A DNA stretch of 64,000 nt, from positions 947 through 64,946 of the forward strand of contig CAVWAA010000027.1 in assembly GCA_963752805.1 (NCBI GenBank), in the 5' to 3' direction. Every line of letters starts with the position of its first letter. The stretch's first letter is position 1. Made by a program: the position numbers and the translations under genes. The stretch is from Candidatus Binataceae bacterium. Lineage in GTDB: Bacteria; Desulfobacterota; Binatia; Binatales; Binataceae. The notes beneath the pieces were generated by a model that saw only the letters and a list, made by a program, of their open reading frames with translations, was not told the DNA's origin and did no database searches. This document shows positions 50,211 through 60,605 of this stretch, piece after piece.

Positions 50211-51041
50211 ATGGCGTGGCTGCAGGTTGCTGACGAACTCGGTTTCAAAGTTGAGTTGGAGCGTAAGCCTGAGCGAGTGGTTTCTCTCGTGCCAAGCTGG
50301 ACCGAGACCTTGTTTGCCTTTGGCTTGAATGAACGAATCGTTGGCGTTACGCGCTTCTGCGTTGCGCCGCTTGAGACTGCTGCGGTTGCCAGGATTGGCG
50401 GCACCAAGAACCCGAATCTCAATACGATTGCCGAACTTGCGCCTGACCTGGTCATTGCGAATGCAGAAGAGAATCGGCGTGAGGACATCGAGCATTTGCG
50501 CAGCCTCGGCATCGCAGTATTCACCACCTACCCGCGCAAGATCGGCTCTGCCGTTGAATCGATAATGAGACTTGGCACCGTACTGGACTGCGAACCGCAG
50601 GCGAACGCGATGGCGCGCGGGATCGTCCGCGAGGTAAGCGCAATCGAGACGGAACTCGGGGCATGGGCGAAGCTGCGCTTTCGCGCCTTTTGTCCGATTT
50701 GGAAGAATCCCTGGATGAGCTTCAACGCGGACACTTACGCCCACGACGTACTGCGGATGCTGGGCTTCAACAACATTTTTGCTTCCGCCGGCGAACGTTA
50801 CCCACGTATGACAATTGACGAAGCGATTGCCTTGCGGCCGGATTTTGTGCTGCTGCCGGACGAGCCCTACGAATTTCGCGTGAAAGACGTCGAGGAGCTA
50901 AAGCCGCTACTGCCGCCGCCGCTGAGCCGGCGTGCGGTACTCATTAGTGGACGCGACCTTCATTGGTATGGCGCTCACATGCTCACCGGTCTGCGCACAC
51001 TGGCCGGATTACTGGCGCGAGTGCGCGCCTCCGCGCTGTAG
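50211..51041 (+). CDS. BtuF-like / helical-backbone metal-receptor substrate-binding protein (Peripla_BP_2 fold)
   Basis: 276 aa; RVVSLVPSWTETLFAFGL...IVGVT...PDLVIANAEENR pattern; no obvious signal peptide. Confidence 0.7.
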   Translation: MAWLQVADELGFKVELERKPERVVSLVPSWTETLFAFGLNERIVGVTRFCVAPLETAAVARIGGTKNPNLNTIAELAPDLVIANAEENRREDIEHLRSLGIAVFTTYPRKIGSAVESIMRLGTVLDCEPQANAMARGIVREVSAIETELGAWAKLRFRAFCPIWKNPWMSFNADTYAHDVLRMLGFNNIFASAGERYPRMTIDEAIALRPDFVLLPDEPYEFRVKDVEELKPLLPPPLSRRAVLISGRDLHWYGAHMLTGLRTLAGLLARVRASAL

Positions 51042-51164
51042 AGCGGTCAACGATTAGCGCACAGCCGCGCCGCGATATGAAGGATTTTCCCGCGTATCAG
51101 AGTTTGTGAGACTAAGGCTGAAAGCTGGCCGCGAGAACTAAAAAGTTAAACTACGGAGGAAACG

Positions 51165-52367
51165 ATGGCCGCATCAGCGCCCCTCAATGGAATAAAGATC
51201 CTGGATCTGACCAAGCTCGCGCCGGGGCCTCATTGCACGATGATCCTGGGCGACCTTGGCGCCGATATTATCAGGGTCGAAGAGCCTGGCGAGCCGACTG
51301 GTCGGCGAGCAGCGCAGGCCGGCACCGGTCAGGTGAAGGCGCCGCGCCCCAGCTATGCGCCGACCAACGCCGTAGCCCGCAATAAGCGCTCGATTGCTCT
51401 TAACCTTAAGAGCGAACCGGGGCGAGACATTTTTCTGCGGCTCGCGCGCGATGCGGATGTGGTAGTCGAAGAGTTTAGACCCGGTGTGGCGAAGCGGCTG
51501 GGAATTGATTACGAGCTGCTGTCGGGACTTAACCCGAAGTTGATTTATTGTGCCGTAACCGGTTTCGGGCAGACCGGCCCTTACCGCGACCTGGTCGGCC
51601 ACGACCTGAACTACATCGCTCAGGCAGGCGCGCTCGGCCTGATTGGCCGCAAAGGCCAGCTGCCGGCGATTCCGCTCAACCTGCTCGCCGATTACGCGGG
51701 CGGCGGGATGCATGCCGCAATCGGCGTGCTCGCCGCACTGGTCGCGCGCAATCAGACCGGCCGCGGCCAGTATGTCGATATCGCGATGCTCGACGGCGTG
51801 ATGTTGCTGTTGGCGCAGGCGCTGAGCACCTATTTCAGCAACCGCAAAGTGCCGGAGCGTGGTACGCAGCCCGGTGACGGCGGTGCCCCATTCTATAACA
51901 TGTATGAAACCAGCGACGGGAAAATCATCACGATCGCGTCGATGGAGCCGTGGTTCTATGCCAACCTATGCCGCGCATTGGATTGTGAGCAGTATATTGG
52001 CGGCCAATATGAGCGCGACAAATGGCCGGAGATGTTCGAGCATTTTGCCCGTACTTTCAAAACCAGGACCCGCGACGAGTGGTGGGATATCCTGACCCGT
52101 GCGGATATCTGTGTGGGCCGGATGCTGACGCTGGATGAACTCGAAAGTGATCCGCAGGTCCGCGCCCGCAATATGATTGTGGAAGTTGAAACCGGCTCCG
52201 GGGAAACCGTGAAGCAGGTCGGAGTTTCGGTCAAGTTGTCTGAGACGCCGGGCTCGATCCGGTCGCTTGCGCCAACACTGGGCCAGCATACAGACGCGAT
52301 CCTGGCGGACTTGGGGTATAGCCCGCAGGACGTCGCACGTTGGCGCGCCGACGGCGCGATTCGGTGA
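51165..52367 (+). CDS. CaiB/BaiF family III CoA-transferase
   Basis: 400 aa; PLNGIKILDLTKLAPGPHCTMILGDLGADIIRVE N-terminus and GHDLNY motif. Confidence 0.87.
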   Translation: MAASAPLNGIKILDLTKLAPGPHCTMILGDLGADIIRVEEPGEPTGRRAAQAGTGQVKAPRPSYAPTNAVARNKRSIALNLKSEPGRDIFLRLARDADVVVEEFRPGVAKRLGIDYELLSGLNPKLIYCAVTGFGQTGPYRDLVGHDLNYIAQAGALGLIGRKGQLPAIPLNLLADYAGGGMHAAIGVLAALVARNQTGRGQYVDIAMLDGVMLLLAQALSTYFSNRKVPERGTQPGDGGAPFYNMYETSDGKIITIASMEPWFYANLCRALDCEQYIGGQYERDKWPEMFEHFARTFKTRTRDEWWDILTRADICVGRMLTLDELESDPQVRARNMIVEVETGSGETVKQVGVSVKLSETPGSIRSLAPTLGQHTDAILADLGYSPQDVARWRADGAIR

Positions 52368-52372
52368 TCGCA

Positions 52373-53695
52373 ATGGCAGAATCAACCATGTTTATGAGGG
52401 CTCCGCATGAACCGCTCACGATCGAGCGAGCCGAGGGTCCATGGCTTTACACCAACGATGGCCGGAGGATTCTTGACGCAGGCGCGGGCGCCGTGGTGGT
52501 CAACATCGGACAGGGACGCGAGGAGTTGGCCCAGGTCGCGGCTGAAGAAGTGGCCCGGCTTAATTATATCGTGCCGGTCTGGTCATCAGCCGCACGTGAA
52601 CGCCTGACTGCGCGGCTCGCCCGCTGGATGCCGGCCGGACTAAATCGATTCTTTTTCACCAGCGGTGGTTCCGAGGCGGTAGAGGCGGCCTTGAAGTTCG
52701 CCATCATGTATCAAAAGGCAAAGGGGCGGCCGCAAAAACATAAGATTATCTCGCGCTGGTTTTCTTATCACGGCAACACCCTCGCCGCGCTTTCGGTGGG
52801 CGGCAACCTCGGGCGACGCGCCGATTATGAACATGTGCTGCTGCAATGGCCGCATATCGGGCCGCCATTCTGCTATCGATGCCCGTGGGGCAAGACCTAT
52901 CCGGGATGCGATATCGATTGCGCGACCGCACTTGAACAAGAAATTGTCAAGCACGGCGCCGATTCAATCGCCGCGTTTATTGCCGAACCGATGATGGGAG
53001 CGACCGGCGGCGCAGTTCCGCCGGTCAGAGAGTATTGGCCCAGGCTCGCGGAGATTTGCCGGCGCTATGAAATCCTGCTGATTGCGGACGAAGTCATGAC
53101 CGGCTTCGGCCGCACCGGCAAACGTTTTGCAGTCGAACATTGGAATTTAAAGCCCGACGTGCTGATCGGCGGCAAGGGGCTTACTGGCGGATATCTGCCG
53201 ATGGGCATGATCGCGGTCGATGAAAAACTGGTCGAAGAATGCGAGCAGGCTGGCGCCGATTTCATGTTCTATACCTACAGCGCTCATCCGCTGGCCTGCG
53301 CAATGGCTGATAGGGTGCTCGAAATCATGGAGCGCGAGCATCTGGTTGAACGCGCGGCCGAGCTTGGCGCACGGCTCGGAGCACAGTTGAAAGAGCAGTT
53401 GTCCGGTCACCCGATCATCGGCGACATCCGCGGCACCGGGCTTTTCTGGGGTATCGAAATTGTGCGTGACAAAGCCATGAAAGTCCCCTTTGCGCCAGAC
53501 TTGCGCATTACCAATCGGGTGATTGGCACGGCTTTGAAGCATGGACTCTTCGTTTATCCGACCAGCGGAATGGCCGGCAAGGAGGGCGGCGATGGTGTGA
53601 TGGTAACGCCGCCATTCGTGATTGGCCCGCCGGAGATTGATTATATCGTCCGGAAGCTGCGCACCGCTCTCGACGAGGTTCACGCGACTCTGTAG
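52373..53695 (+). CDS. class III (omega-type) pyridoxal-phosphate aminotransferase
   Basis: ORF 52340-53695 with ATG 52373; FFTSGGSEAVEAALK, LLIADEVMTGFGRTGK and the lysine region GKGLTGGYLP. Confidence 0.87.
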   Translation: MAESTMFMRAPHEPLTIERAEGPWLYTNDGRRILDAGAGAVVVNIGQGREELAQVAAEEVARLNYIVPVWSSAARERLTARLARWMPAGLNRFFFTSGGSEAVEAALKFAIMYQKAKGRPQKHKIISRWFSYHGNTLAALSVGGNLGRRADYEHVLLQWPHIGPPFCYRCPWGKTYPGCDIDCATALEQEIVKHGADSIAAFIAEPMMGATGGAVPPVREYWPRLAEICRRYEILLIADEVMTGFGRTGKRFAVEHWNLKPDVLIGGKGLTGGYLPMGMIAVDEKLVEECEQAGADFMFYTYSAHPLACAMADRVLEIMEREHLVERAAELGARLGAQLKEQLSGHPIIGDIRGTGLFWGIEIVRDKAMKVPFAPDLRITNRVIGTALKHGLFVYPTSGMAGKEGGDGVMVTPPFVIGPPEIDYIVRKLRTALDEVHATL

Positions 53696-53835
53696 CGATC
53701 ATCATTCAACGAGCTTGCCAGAACTCTCCGTTCCCTGTCTTCCTCAAGGGCGAGCCCGCAGCCTCGAACAAGCCGCCGTTTCGGCGGTAAGATAAAAAGC
53801 GCCGTTGAATTACCGGCCAAGTGGAGGCGTTGCAG

Positions 53836-54708
53836 ATGGCGGATATAATCGGACCCACTTCGCACTTCTATTATTCGCAGCGCCTGAAGCTGCACTATGT
53901 CGATTGGGGCAATCCCGACAAACCGCTGGCGATCCTGCTTCATGGCGGCCGTGACCATTGCCGTAGCTGGGACTTCGTCGCCCTGGACTTGCGTGAGCAC
54001 TTCCATGTGGTGGCGCCTGACTTGCGCGGCCACGGTGATTCCGATTGGTCGATTGGCGGCAGCTACTCTATCACTGACCACGTGCTCGACCTGGGCCAAT
54101 TGATGAATGCGCTGGAACCGCATGCTCCGGTCGTTTTGGTCGGCCATTCGCTAGGTGCAGGGGCGGTGCTGCAGCGCGCCGGGGTTTTTCCCGAGGCGGT
54201 GCGGGCGGTCGTTGCGATCGAAGGGCTCGGGCCGCCGGGGGCGATGATCCGCGAAACTCCCGCACATGAGCGGATGCAGCATTGGGTGATCGACATGCTG
54301 GCGTTGGCGCAGCGCAGGCCGCGCGAATACCCGTCGCTGGAGGCAGCGATGGCGCGCATGCACGAGGCCAACCCCCATCTGACGCCTCAACTCCAGCGTC
54401 ATCTAACGATTTACGGCGTGCGGCGCAACGAAAACGGCACTTATTCCTGGAAATACGACAACTACAGCCGGGCGACTTCGCCTTACCTGTTCAATCTAAA
54501 GGACGCGATGGAGATCTGGTCGCGGATTCGATGCCCAGTGCTGCTGGTGCGCGGTGACGCATCGTGGGCGGGCGATTGGGAGCGTGATGGGCGGTTGGAT
54601 GCGTTTCGAACCGCGGAACTTGCTACGCTCGCAAATGCCGGCCACTGGGTCCATCATGACCGGCTCGGCGAATTCCTGGGCGTGGTGCATCGGTTTCTGA
54701 ATCTGTGA
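53836..54708 (+). CDS. alpha/beta hydrolase
   Basis: HGGRDH oxyanion region, nucleophile elbow GHSLGA, C-terminal GHWVHHD. Confidence 0.8.
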   Translation: MADIIGPTSHFYYSQRLKLHYVDWGNPDKPLAILLHGGRDHCRSWDFVALDLREHFHVVAPDLRGHGDSDWSIGGSYSITDHVLDLGQLMNALEPHAPVVLVGHSLGAGAVLQRAGVFPEAVRAVVAIEGLGPPGAMIRETPAHERMQHWVIDMLALAQRRPREYPSLEAAMARMHEANPHLTPQLQRHLTIYGVRRNENGTYSWKYDNYSRATSPYLFNLKDAMEIWSRIRCPVLLVRGDASWAGDWERDGRLDAFRTAELATLANAGHWVHHDRLGEFLGVVHRFLNL

Positions 54709-56780
54709 ACTCAACACCGGGTCCCGCCGCGGCTGCCGCCAAAGCCGGACGGATGGTCCGCGAGCAGGCGCTTTCACTGCGGACCGACCAGGCCGAATAT
54801 CTCGAATTGGTGCTGTTGGCGGTGATGGCCGGTGTGCTGGCCGCTCTTGGCAATGTCGGCTTTCGCGAACTGATTGACCTCTGCCGGCTGATTTTCCTGA
54901 CGCTGGAATCGAGCGCGCTGGGGATTGGGAGCGGGCTAAGCCGCCTGCTACTTCCGATCGTGCTGCTGTCGGGTGGGGCAGCGATCGTCCTGCTTGATTA
55001 CTTTTTTCCCGGCGACGTGCTCGGTTACGGTTTCCCCAATTTCCTCGAGATGGTGAATCTCGGCAATGCGCGCATCCACCGGGCATGGATATTCGTCAAA
55101 GCGATGGGTGCCGCCCTGTCGCTCGGGTGCGGGGCGTCGGTTGGGCGCGAGGGGCCGATTGCGCAAATTGGCGGTGCGATCGGTTCGACCATCGCGCAAG
55201 CCCGGCGTTTATCAGCTATCCGCAGCAAAGTACTGGTAGCGGCCGGCGCCGGCGCCGGCATCGCGACCACCTTTAACGCCCCGATGGGCGGCATGATGTT
55301 CGCTCTCGAAATCGTGCTGCTGGGCGAAACCGAATTGGCCAATCTGATTCTCGTGCTGATCAGTACCTTCAGCGCCGTGGTCACTTCACGCGGGCTGTTC
55401 GGTGATATTGCCTTGTTCCGTCCAGCGCCGTTCGTAATCAAAAGCTACTGGGAGATGATCACGTATGCACTGATGGGCGCGTTATTGGGCGCGCTGGCGG
55501 CCGGATACATCCGGTTTTTTCACGCCACATCTGCATTTTTCCGCCGCCTCCAGGTGCATAAGTGGATCAAGCTTGAGGCAGGGCTTGGAATAGTCGGAGT
55601 GATCGCGATTGCGCTGCCGGGTAATTTATCGGACGGTTATCCAGTCATCGATCTGGCGTTCGCCGGAAAGCTTGGTGCGGTGATGCTGAGTTCGTTGGCC
55701 GCCGCGAAGTTTTTTGCCAGCGCGGTGTCGCTGGGATGCGGTGCGCCCGGCGGGATCTTTGGACCAACTTTTTTCATCGGCACCATGGCGGGCGGGGCGT
55801 TCCGGCAGTCGTGCAATTTCATCCTGCCAGGTCTCACCGGGCCGCGTGGCTCATATGCCTTGGTTGGGCTTGGGGCGTTCCTGGCTGGCGTCACCCATGC
55901 CCCGCTCACGGCCATATTGTTGCTGTTCGAGATGACGCGGCTGGATCCGGTGCTGGCGCTGCCGGCAATAATTTCGACGGTTACAGCGTTGATTGTCGCC
56001 CATGGCATCGAGCGCGAATCGATCGATACTTACAGCCTGGCGCGCGAGGGAAAGTCGCTCGAGATCGGCCGTGATCGCCGGATCCTTGCGCAATTACCGA
56101 TATCATCAGTGATCACCAGGGAAGTCCAGACGGTGCGCGCTAACGCGCCGGCCAATCAGGTTTTAGCCATTGCTGGCGATACTTCACAGTCGACTCTGCC
56201 TGTGCTCGATGATGACGGATGTCTGGCCGGGTTAATCGTGATGCGCGATCTGCTTTCGATGATGGCGGGCGGTGTAGAACTGGGACCGCTGGTCAATGCA
56301 TACGATTTGAGCCGCCAGAATCCGCCGGTGCTATCGGCCGAATCGAGCCTGGATCAGGCCACGCAGTTGATGGAGTACGAGGCGCTGGAAGAGTTGCCGG
56401 TGGTCGAGCACCTGGGCTTCAGCCATGGAAAGTTCGTGGGCCTGGTGACTCGCCGAAATGTTGTGCAGGCGCTCAATCGCGTGGCGGTGTCGCTGGCCGT
56501 CACTGGCACACGTGAACCGAACATTTTCTGGGCCGCCGGCTATCGCGTTGCACAACTAAGTGTGCCTGAAACCGCAAACGGCAAGACCTTGCGCCAACTC
56601 GATCCGCGTGCACGCTTCGGCGTGAGCGTTCTGGCGGTGCAGGGAGCTGCCGACCCGGAATCCGGCTTCACCACGATTGCGCCCGATCAGCCGCTCAGAC
56701 ATGGAGACTTGCTGATAGCGGCTGGACGGTCGGCCGATTTGCGCAACTTCCGTCGAGCCCTGGAAACCGCACCCGGCTGA
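54705..56780 (+). CDS. ClC family chloride channel with CBS pair and C-terminal TrkA-C/RCK_C domain
   Basis: 691 aa; selectivity motifs GREGP and GIFGP, two CBS repeats, C-terminal TrkA_C-like segment; GTG start overlaps the upstream stop by 4 nt. Confidence 0.85.
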   Translation: MNSTPGPAAAAAKAGRMVREQALSLRTDQAEYLELVLLAVMAGVLAALGNVGFRELIDLCRLIFLTLESSALGIGSGLSRLLLPIVLLSGGAAIVLLDYFFPGDVLGYGFPNFLEMVNLGNARIHRAWIFVKAMGAALSLGCGASVGREGPIAQIGGAIGSTIAQARRLSAIRSKVLVAAGAGAGIATTFNAPMGGMMFALEIVLLGETELANLILVLISTFSAVVTSRGLFGDIALFRPAPFVIKSYWEMITYALMGALLGALAAGYIRFFHATSAFFRRLQVHKWIKLEAGLGIVGVIAIALPGNLSDGYPVIDLAFAGKLGAVMLSSLAAAKFFASAVSLGCGAPGGIFGPTFFIGTMAGGAFRQSCNFILPGLTGPRGSYALVGLGAFLAGVTHAPLTAILLLFEMTRLDPVLALPAIISTVTALIVAHGIERESIDTYSLAREGKSLEIGRDRRILAQLPISSVITREVQTVRANAPANQVLAIAGDTSQSTLPVLDDDGCLAGLIVMRDLLSMMAGGVELGPLVNAYDLSRQNPPVLSAESSLDQATQLMEYEALEELPVVEHLGFSHGKFVGLVTRRNVVQALNRVAVSLAVTGTREPNIFWAAGYRVAQLSVPETANGKTLRQLDPRARFGVSVLAVQGAADPESGFTTIAPDQPLRHGDLLIAAGRSADLRNFRRALETAPG

Positions 56781-56909
56781 AGCGCCTCTTTAGTGCTCGT
56801 CATTGCTGACCTCGGCACTTGTCGCTGCTGCAAGCAATCGTTTGCCCGCGTTAGGAGAACGGGTCAATATCGAAGGCGTTTGCGCTCGTTACTCCAACGG
56901 AGACCGATC

Positions 56910-57446
56910 ATGGCGAAGCCCATTCGACGTATCGTAACCGGCCACAATCAAGCCGGAAAATCAATCATTCTGAGCGATGGACCAGCGCCCAACTCAGCCA
57001 GCCCGCCGGGCGTTCCCGATTTGGTGAACACCGTGCTGTGGGTTACCGACAGTTGCCCCGCGTCAAACCGCGGCAGCGAGGACGCCTCGCCCAGGGGCCG
57101 GCGGTTGGGGATCGAACCGCCCAGCCACGGCTCGGTTTTTCGCATTGTCGATTTCCCGCCCGACAAGGTGTTTGAAGGGGTCGACGTTCGCAAGATGATG
57201 GCGGAGGTCGGTGGCGCTCATGTCGTGGACCGAGGAAATCCACGCCATGCGATGTTCCACAAGACCAGCACGGTCGATTATGCCCTCGTACTGGAGGGTG
57301 AGGTCTGGGCGATGCTTGACGAAGGCGAAACCTTGATGCGCGCGGGTGATGTCCTGATTCAGCGCGGAACCAATCATTCGTGGTCCAACCGCAGCAGTGA
57401 GAATTGCCGAATCGCCTTTATCCTGCTCGACGCCGAGCCGGTTTAA
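56910..57446 (+). CDS. cupin domain-containing protein
   Basis: GGAG 8 nt upstream of ATG 56910; C-terminal beta-barrel motif DYALVLEGEVWAMLDEGE...AGDVLIQRGTNHSW. Confidence 0.7.
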   Translation: MAKPIRRIVTGHNQAGKSIILSDGPAPNSASPPGVPDLVNTVLWVTDSCPASNRGSEDASPRGRRLGIEPPSHGSVFRIVDFPPDKVFEGVDVRKMMAEVGGAHVVDRGNPRHAMFHKTSTVDYALVLEGEVWAMLDEGETLMRAGDVLIQRGTNHSWSNRSSENCRIAFILLDAEPV

Positions 57447-57574
57447 GCATCGCGGCAAAACGCCATGAGCCCCGCAAAATTGAGTATTTGGTGAAGGCAG
57501 ACGCTCAGCAGTTTTCTCGCGGTCAATCTTGGTGTAAAGGAACATTATAACCCCTGCGAGGTAATGTCCTGATT

Positions 57575-57940
57575 TTGGAGGCGCGAATGGCTGGCGACGA
57601 AGGCTCCCGGCGATTCGTTGTGCTTTGGTGGGTGCTCGCCTTTATGGCTGGCATTCCTACTGGAGTGCTGGCGGTTACTTTCTTTGGAGTGACCGATACG
57701 GTCTGGTGTTTGGCCGGCTTTGGCGTTCCGATCGCCGGGGTTATCGCCGCTCTTGAATGGTTTGGCCAGCGGCATCGCGGCGTACGAACCCCGCGCCATC
57801 AATGGCGTCGGCCGCCGCGGCCTAACGTTATGCCGGGCCGCAAAGCTACCAAAGGGCGGCCGCCGCTCGGGCGCGCTCAGCTGCACGCGATTACTGGCCG
57901 TAAGACTGCCGACCCGCCCTCATCGTCCTCTCCTTCCTAG
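57575..57940 (+). CDS. hypothetical small membrane protein
   Basis: Two clear hydrophobic helices then an Arg/Pro-rich tail; no family recognised; could be spurious in high-GC DNA. Confidence 0.3.
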   Translation: MEARMAGDEGSRRFVVLWWVLAFMAGIPTGVLAVTFFGVTDTVWCLAGFGVPIAGVIAALEWFGQRHRGVRTPRHQWRRPPRPNVMPGRKATKGRPPLGRAQLHAITGRKTADPPSSSSPS

Positions 57941-58060
57941 CCGGCCGGCCGGATTGAAGGTAAAGCTTAGCGCGAGCCACTCGCTATCTGCGGAGTTCGA
58001 CTCAGACTTTGACCGGGCTAAAGCGATCGCCCACACCTGAACAATCCGAAGGAGTACCCC

Positions 58061-59488
58061 ATGCTCGATATCTTGATCCGGGGAGGCGAGGTAGTCACTC
58101 CTCAGGGCACCTCCAATTGGAGCATCGGAATCAATGGCGAGCAGATCGTTTCCGTAGGCGTTAATGACCCGGCTGCCGAGGCGGGGCGCATAATCGATGC
58201 CTCGGGGAAGATCGTAGTACCGGGTGGTATCGAACCCCATGCGCATCTGGCAAGTCTGATCGGGATGCATCCGGCTGGGCGACTATTCACCCTGGGGCCC
58301 GAAGAGGATACCTACGGGATGGCGTTCGGCGGGGTCACCACGCATCTGGATTTCGTCTTCGTGCATCCCGCGACCGATATTCCGTCGGCTTTGAGCCGCA
58401 GGTTAGAGCGATGGAAGGACAAATCCTACGTGGACTACAGCTTTCATATTGCGCTCGGCGGGCCACTCCCGAACCATATTTTCGACCAGATGCCCGAGGC
58501 TATCCAGCAGGGTTTTCCCAGTTTTAAGGTCTTCACCAATGAGGTGCTGCCGCCGCATCCGAAGCGGCTGCCGTTCAAGCTGGATTTCGGACGAATCGGC
58601 TTGGCGATGGAACAAGCGGCGCGCCATGGGGGCATTATGGTCGTGCACGCCGAAGATGACGACATCGTTCAGTTCAACTACGAGCGGTTCAAGGAACAGG
58701 ACCTGCTCGACGGTGCAAATCTCCACCTGATTCACAGCAAGCTGTCGGAAAAGCTGGCGTTTACCCGCACGATCCAGCTCGCCGCCGCTACCGGTGCCGC
58801 GGCTTATTTTGTTCATACCTCAGCGCGGGAAGGGGTGGAGTCGGTGGTTGAAGCCCGTGGCCATAATTTGCCGATTTACGCCGAAACCCTGCACCATTAC
58901 GCTTGCTTCAACGCCGAAGACTATCGTAAGCCTCGTGGCTTCTGCTATCACACCTATCCTTCGCTCAAATATCCCGATGACAATAACGCGCTCTGGGAAG
59001 GTCTGGTTCGCGAGGGGTTATCCACTACCGCCACTGATGAATATCCAACTTCACTGGAAGTCAAACTCCGAGGCCGCAATATTGACGACGTTACCGGCGG
59101 CAATCTGGGGGCGGAGGCGCGGCTGGGCATCGTTTATACCGAAGGGGTGGTCAAGCGAGGAATGTCATTACAACGCTTCGCAGACATAACTTCGACTAAT
59201 GCCGCTCGTATTCTTGGGTTATATCCGCGCAAAGGCGTGATCGCACCTGGCAGCGATGCCGACCTGTGCCTGATTGATCCATCGTTTCAGAAAAAACTGA
59301 CGCGCGAGGACTTTCACGTCAGCGATTACAGTCCCTGGGAAGGATGGGAAGCATCCGGATGGCCGGTGATGACGCTTCTGCGTGGCAAGGTGGTGGTCGA
59401 GAACGGTAGAATGACCGGCCGGTTAGGGGACGGCAAACTCATCGCACGCAAAATTGACCCGGTCATCCTGCGCCGCCCAGCCAGTTGA
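58061..59488 (+). CDS. cyclic amidohydrolase (dihydropyrimidinase / D-hydantoinase family)
   Basis: 475 aa; ILIRGGEVVTP...VPGGIEPHAHL metal-binding start, FKVF (carboxylated-Lys region), VHAED. Confidence 0.85.
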   Translation: MLDILIRGGEVVTPQGTSNWSIGINGEQIVSVGVNDPAAEAGRIIDASGKIVVPGGIEPHAHLASLIGMHPAGRLFTLGPEEDTYGMAFGGVTTHLDFVFVHPATDIPSALSRRLERWKDKSYVDYSFHIALGGPLPNHIFDQMPEAIQQGFPSFKVFTNEVLPPHPKRLPFKLDFGRIGLAMEQAARHGGIMVVHAEDDDIVQFNYERFKEQDLLDGANLHLIHSKLSEKLAFTRTIQLAAATGAAAYFVHTSAREGVESVVEARGHNLPIYAETLHHYACFNAEDYRKPRGFCYHTYPSLKYPDDNNALWEGLVREGLSTTATDEYPTSLEVKLRGRNIDDVTGGNLGAEARLGIVYTEGVVKRGMSLQRFADITSTNAARILGLYPRKGVIAPGSDADLCLIDPSFQKKLTREDFHVSDYSPWEGWEASGWPVMTLLRGKVVVENGRMTGRLGDGKLIARKIDPVILRRPAS

Positions 59489-59556
59489 GCCCATTTTGCT
59501 GGGCTAGCGCCAGCCGCTATTATTTGCTCAACATTGGGCGGTAGGCGGCTAGTAGA

Positions 59557-60573
59557 ATGGCTAAAACAGCATTGCTAACCGGCGTCACGGGCCAGGACGG
59601 CTCTTATCTCGCCGAATTTCTGCTGAATAAGGGCTACGTTGTTCACGGTATCGTGCGGCGGAGCTCAAGCTTCGCTACGGGCCGCATTGACCACCTGCGG
59701 CACGGATATCGAAGCGGCGATCCCGGTCTGCAACTACATTATGGCGATCTGGGCGACGCCACTGGACTGCGCCGCATTATCGAACAGGTACGTCCCGATG
59801 AGGTCTACAACCTGGCGGCGCAGTCGCACGTGCGCATCTCCTTCGATCAGCCGGAATATACCGCCGATGTGGTTGGCCTCGGGGCCCTGCGGCTGCTGGA
59901 GGCGATTCGTGACCATAACGTGCGGCACAAGCGTTCGGTGCGTTATTACCAGGCTGGATCGTCGGAGATGTTTGGCCAGGCGGCGGAAATCCCACAGCGC
60001 GAAACCACGCCGTTCCATCCCCGCAGCCCTTACGCCTGTGCCAAATGCTATGCGCACTGGCAGACCGTCAACTACCGCGAAGCATATGGCCTCTTCGCCA
60101 CCAACGGGATTCTCTTCAATCACGAGTCGCCGCGGCGCGGCGAGAATTTCGTGACACGCAAAATCACGCGCAGCGCCACGCGCATCAAGGTCGGATTACA
60201 GAACAAGCTCTTGCTCGGCAACCGGGAGGCCCATCGCGACTGGGGCTTCGCCGGCGATTACGTCGAGGCGATGTGGCTGATGATGCAGCAGCCGCAGGCC
60301 GACGACTATGTCATCGCCACCGGCGAGCATCATTCGGTGCAGGAGTTTCTCGAACTCGCGTTCGAACATGTATCACTCGACTGGCGCAACTACGTCGAGG
60401 CTGACGAGCGTTACTTGAGGCCAGCCGAAGTCGACCTGCTGAAGGGCGATGCGAGCAAGGCGCGCCGAATTCTCGGTTGGCAACCAAAAGTCAACTTCTC
60501 TCAACTGGTCGGAATAATGGTCGATGCCGACCTGGAGCTGGCCGAACGCGAACTTCGCACCCGCGGCCGCTAG
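59557..60573 (+). CDS. gmd: GDP-mannose 4,6-dehydratase
   Basis: 338 aa; [43 protein letters not shown] and [16 protein letters not shown] are hallmark Gmd motifs. Confidence 0.92.
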   Translation: MAKTALLTGVTGQDGSYLAEFLLNKGYVVHGIVRRSSSFATGRIDHLRHGYRSGDPGLQLHYGDLGDATGLRRIIEQVRPDEVYNLAAQSHVRISFDQPEYTADVVGLGALRLLEAIRDHNVRHKRSVRYYQAGSSEMFGQAAEIPQRETTPFHPRSPYACAKCYAHWQTVNYREAYGLFATNGILFNHESPRRGENFVTRKITRSATRIKVGLQNKLLLGNREAHRDWGFAGDYVEAMWLMMQQPQADDYVIATGEHHSVQEFLELAFEHVSLDWRNYVEADERYLRPAEVDLLKGDASKARRILGWQPKVNFSQLVGIMVDADLELAERELRTRGR

Positions 60574-60605
60574 CGCGTCGCGCAGTAGCCGAGTTCTGAA
60601 AACCG

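Noticed and set aside
50163-50744. 193-aa minus-strand ORF, and the long 5' extension of ORF 49505-50527
   Set aside because: Antisense to the BtuF-like gene. The conserved ureidoglycolate-lyase-like sequence only begins at ATG 50050, so the upstream extension is read-through of open frame.
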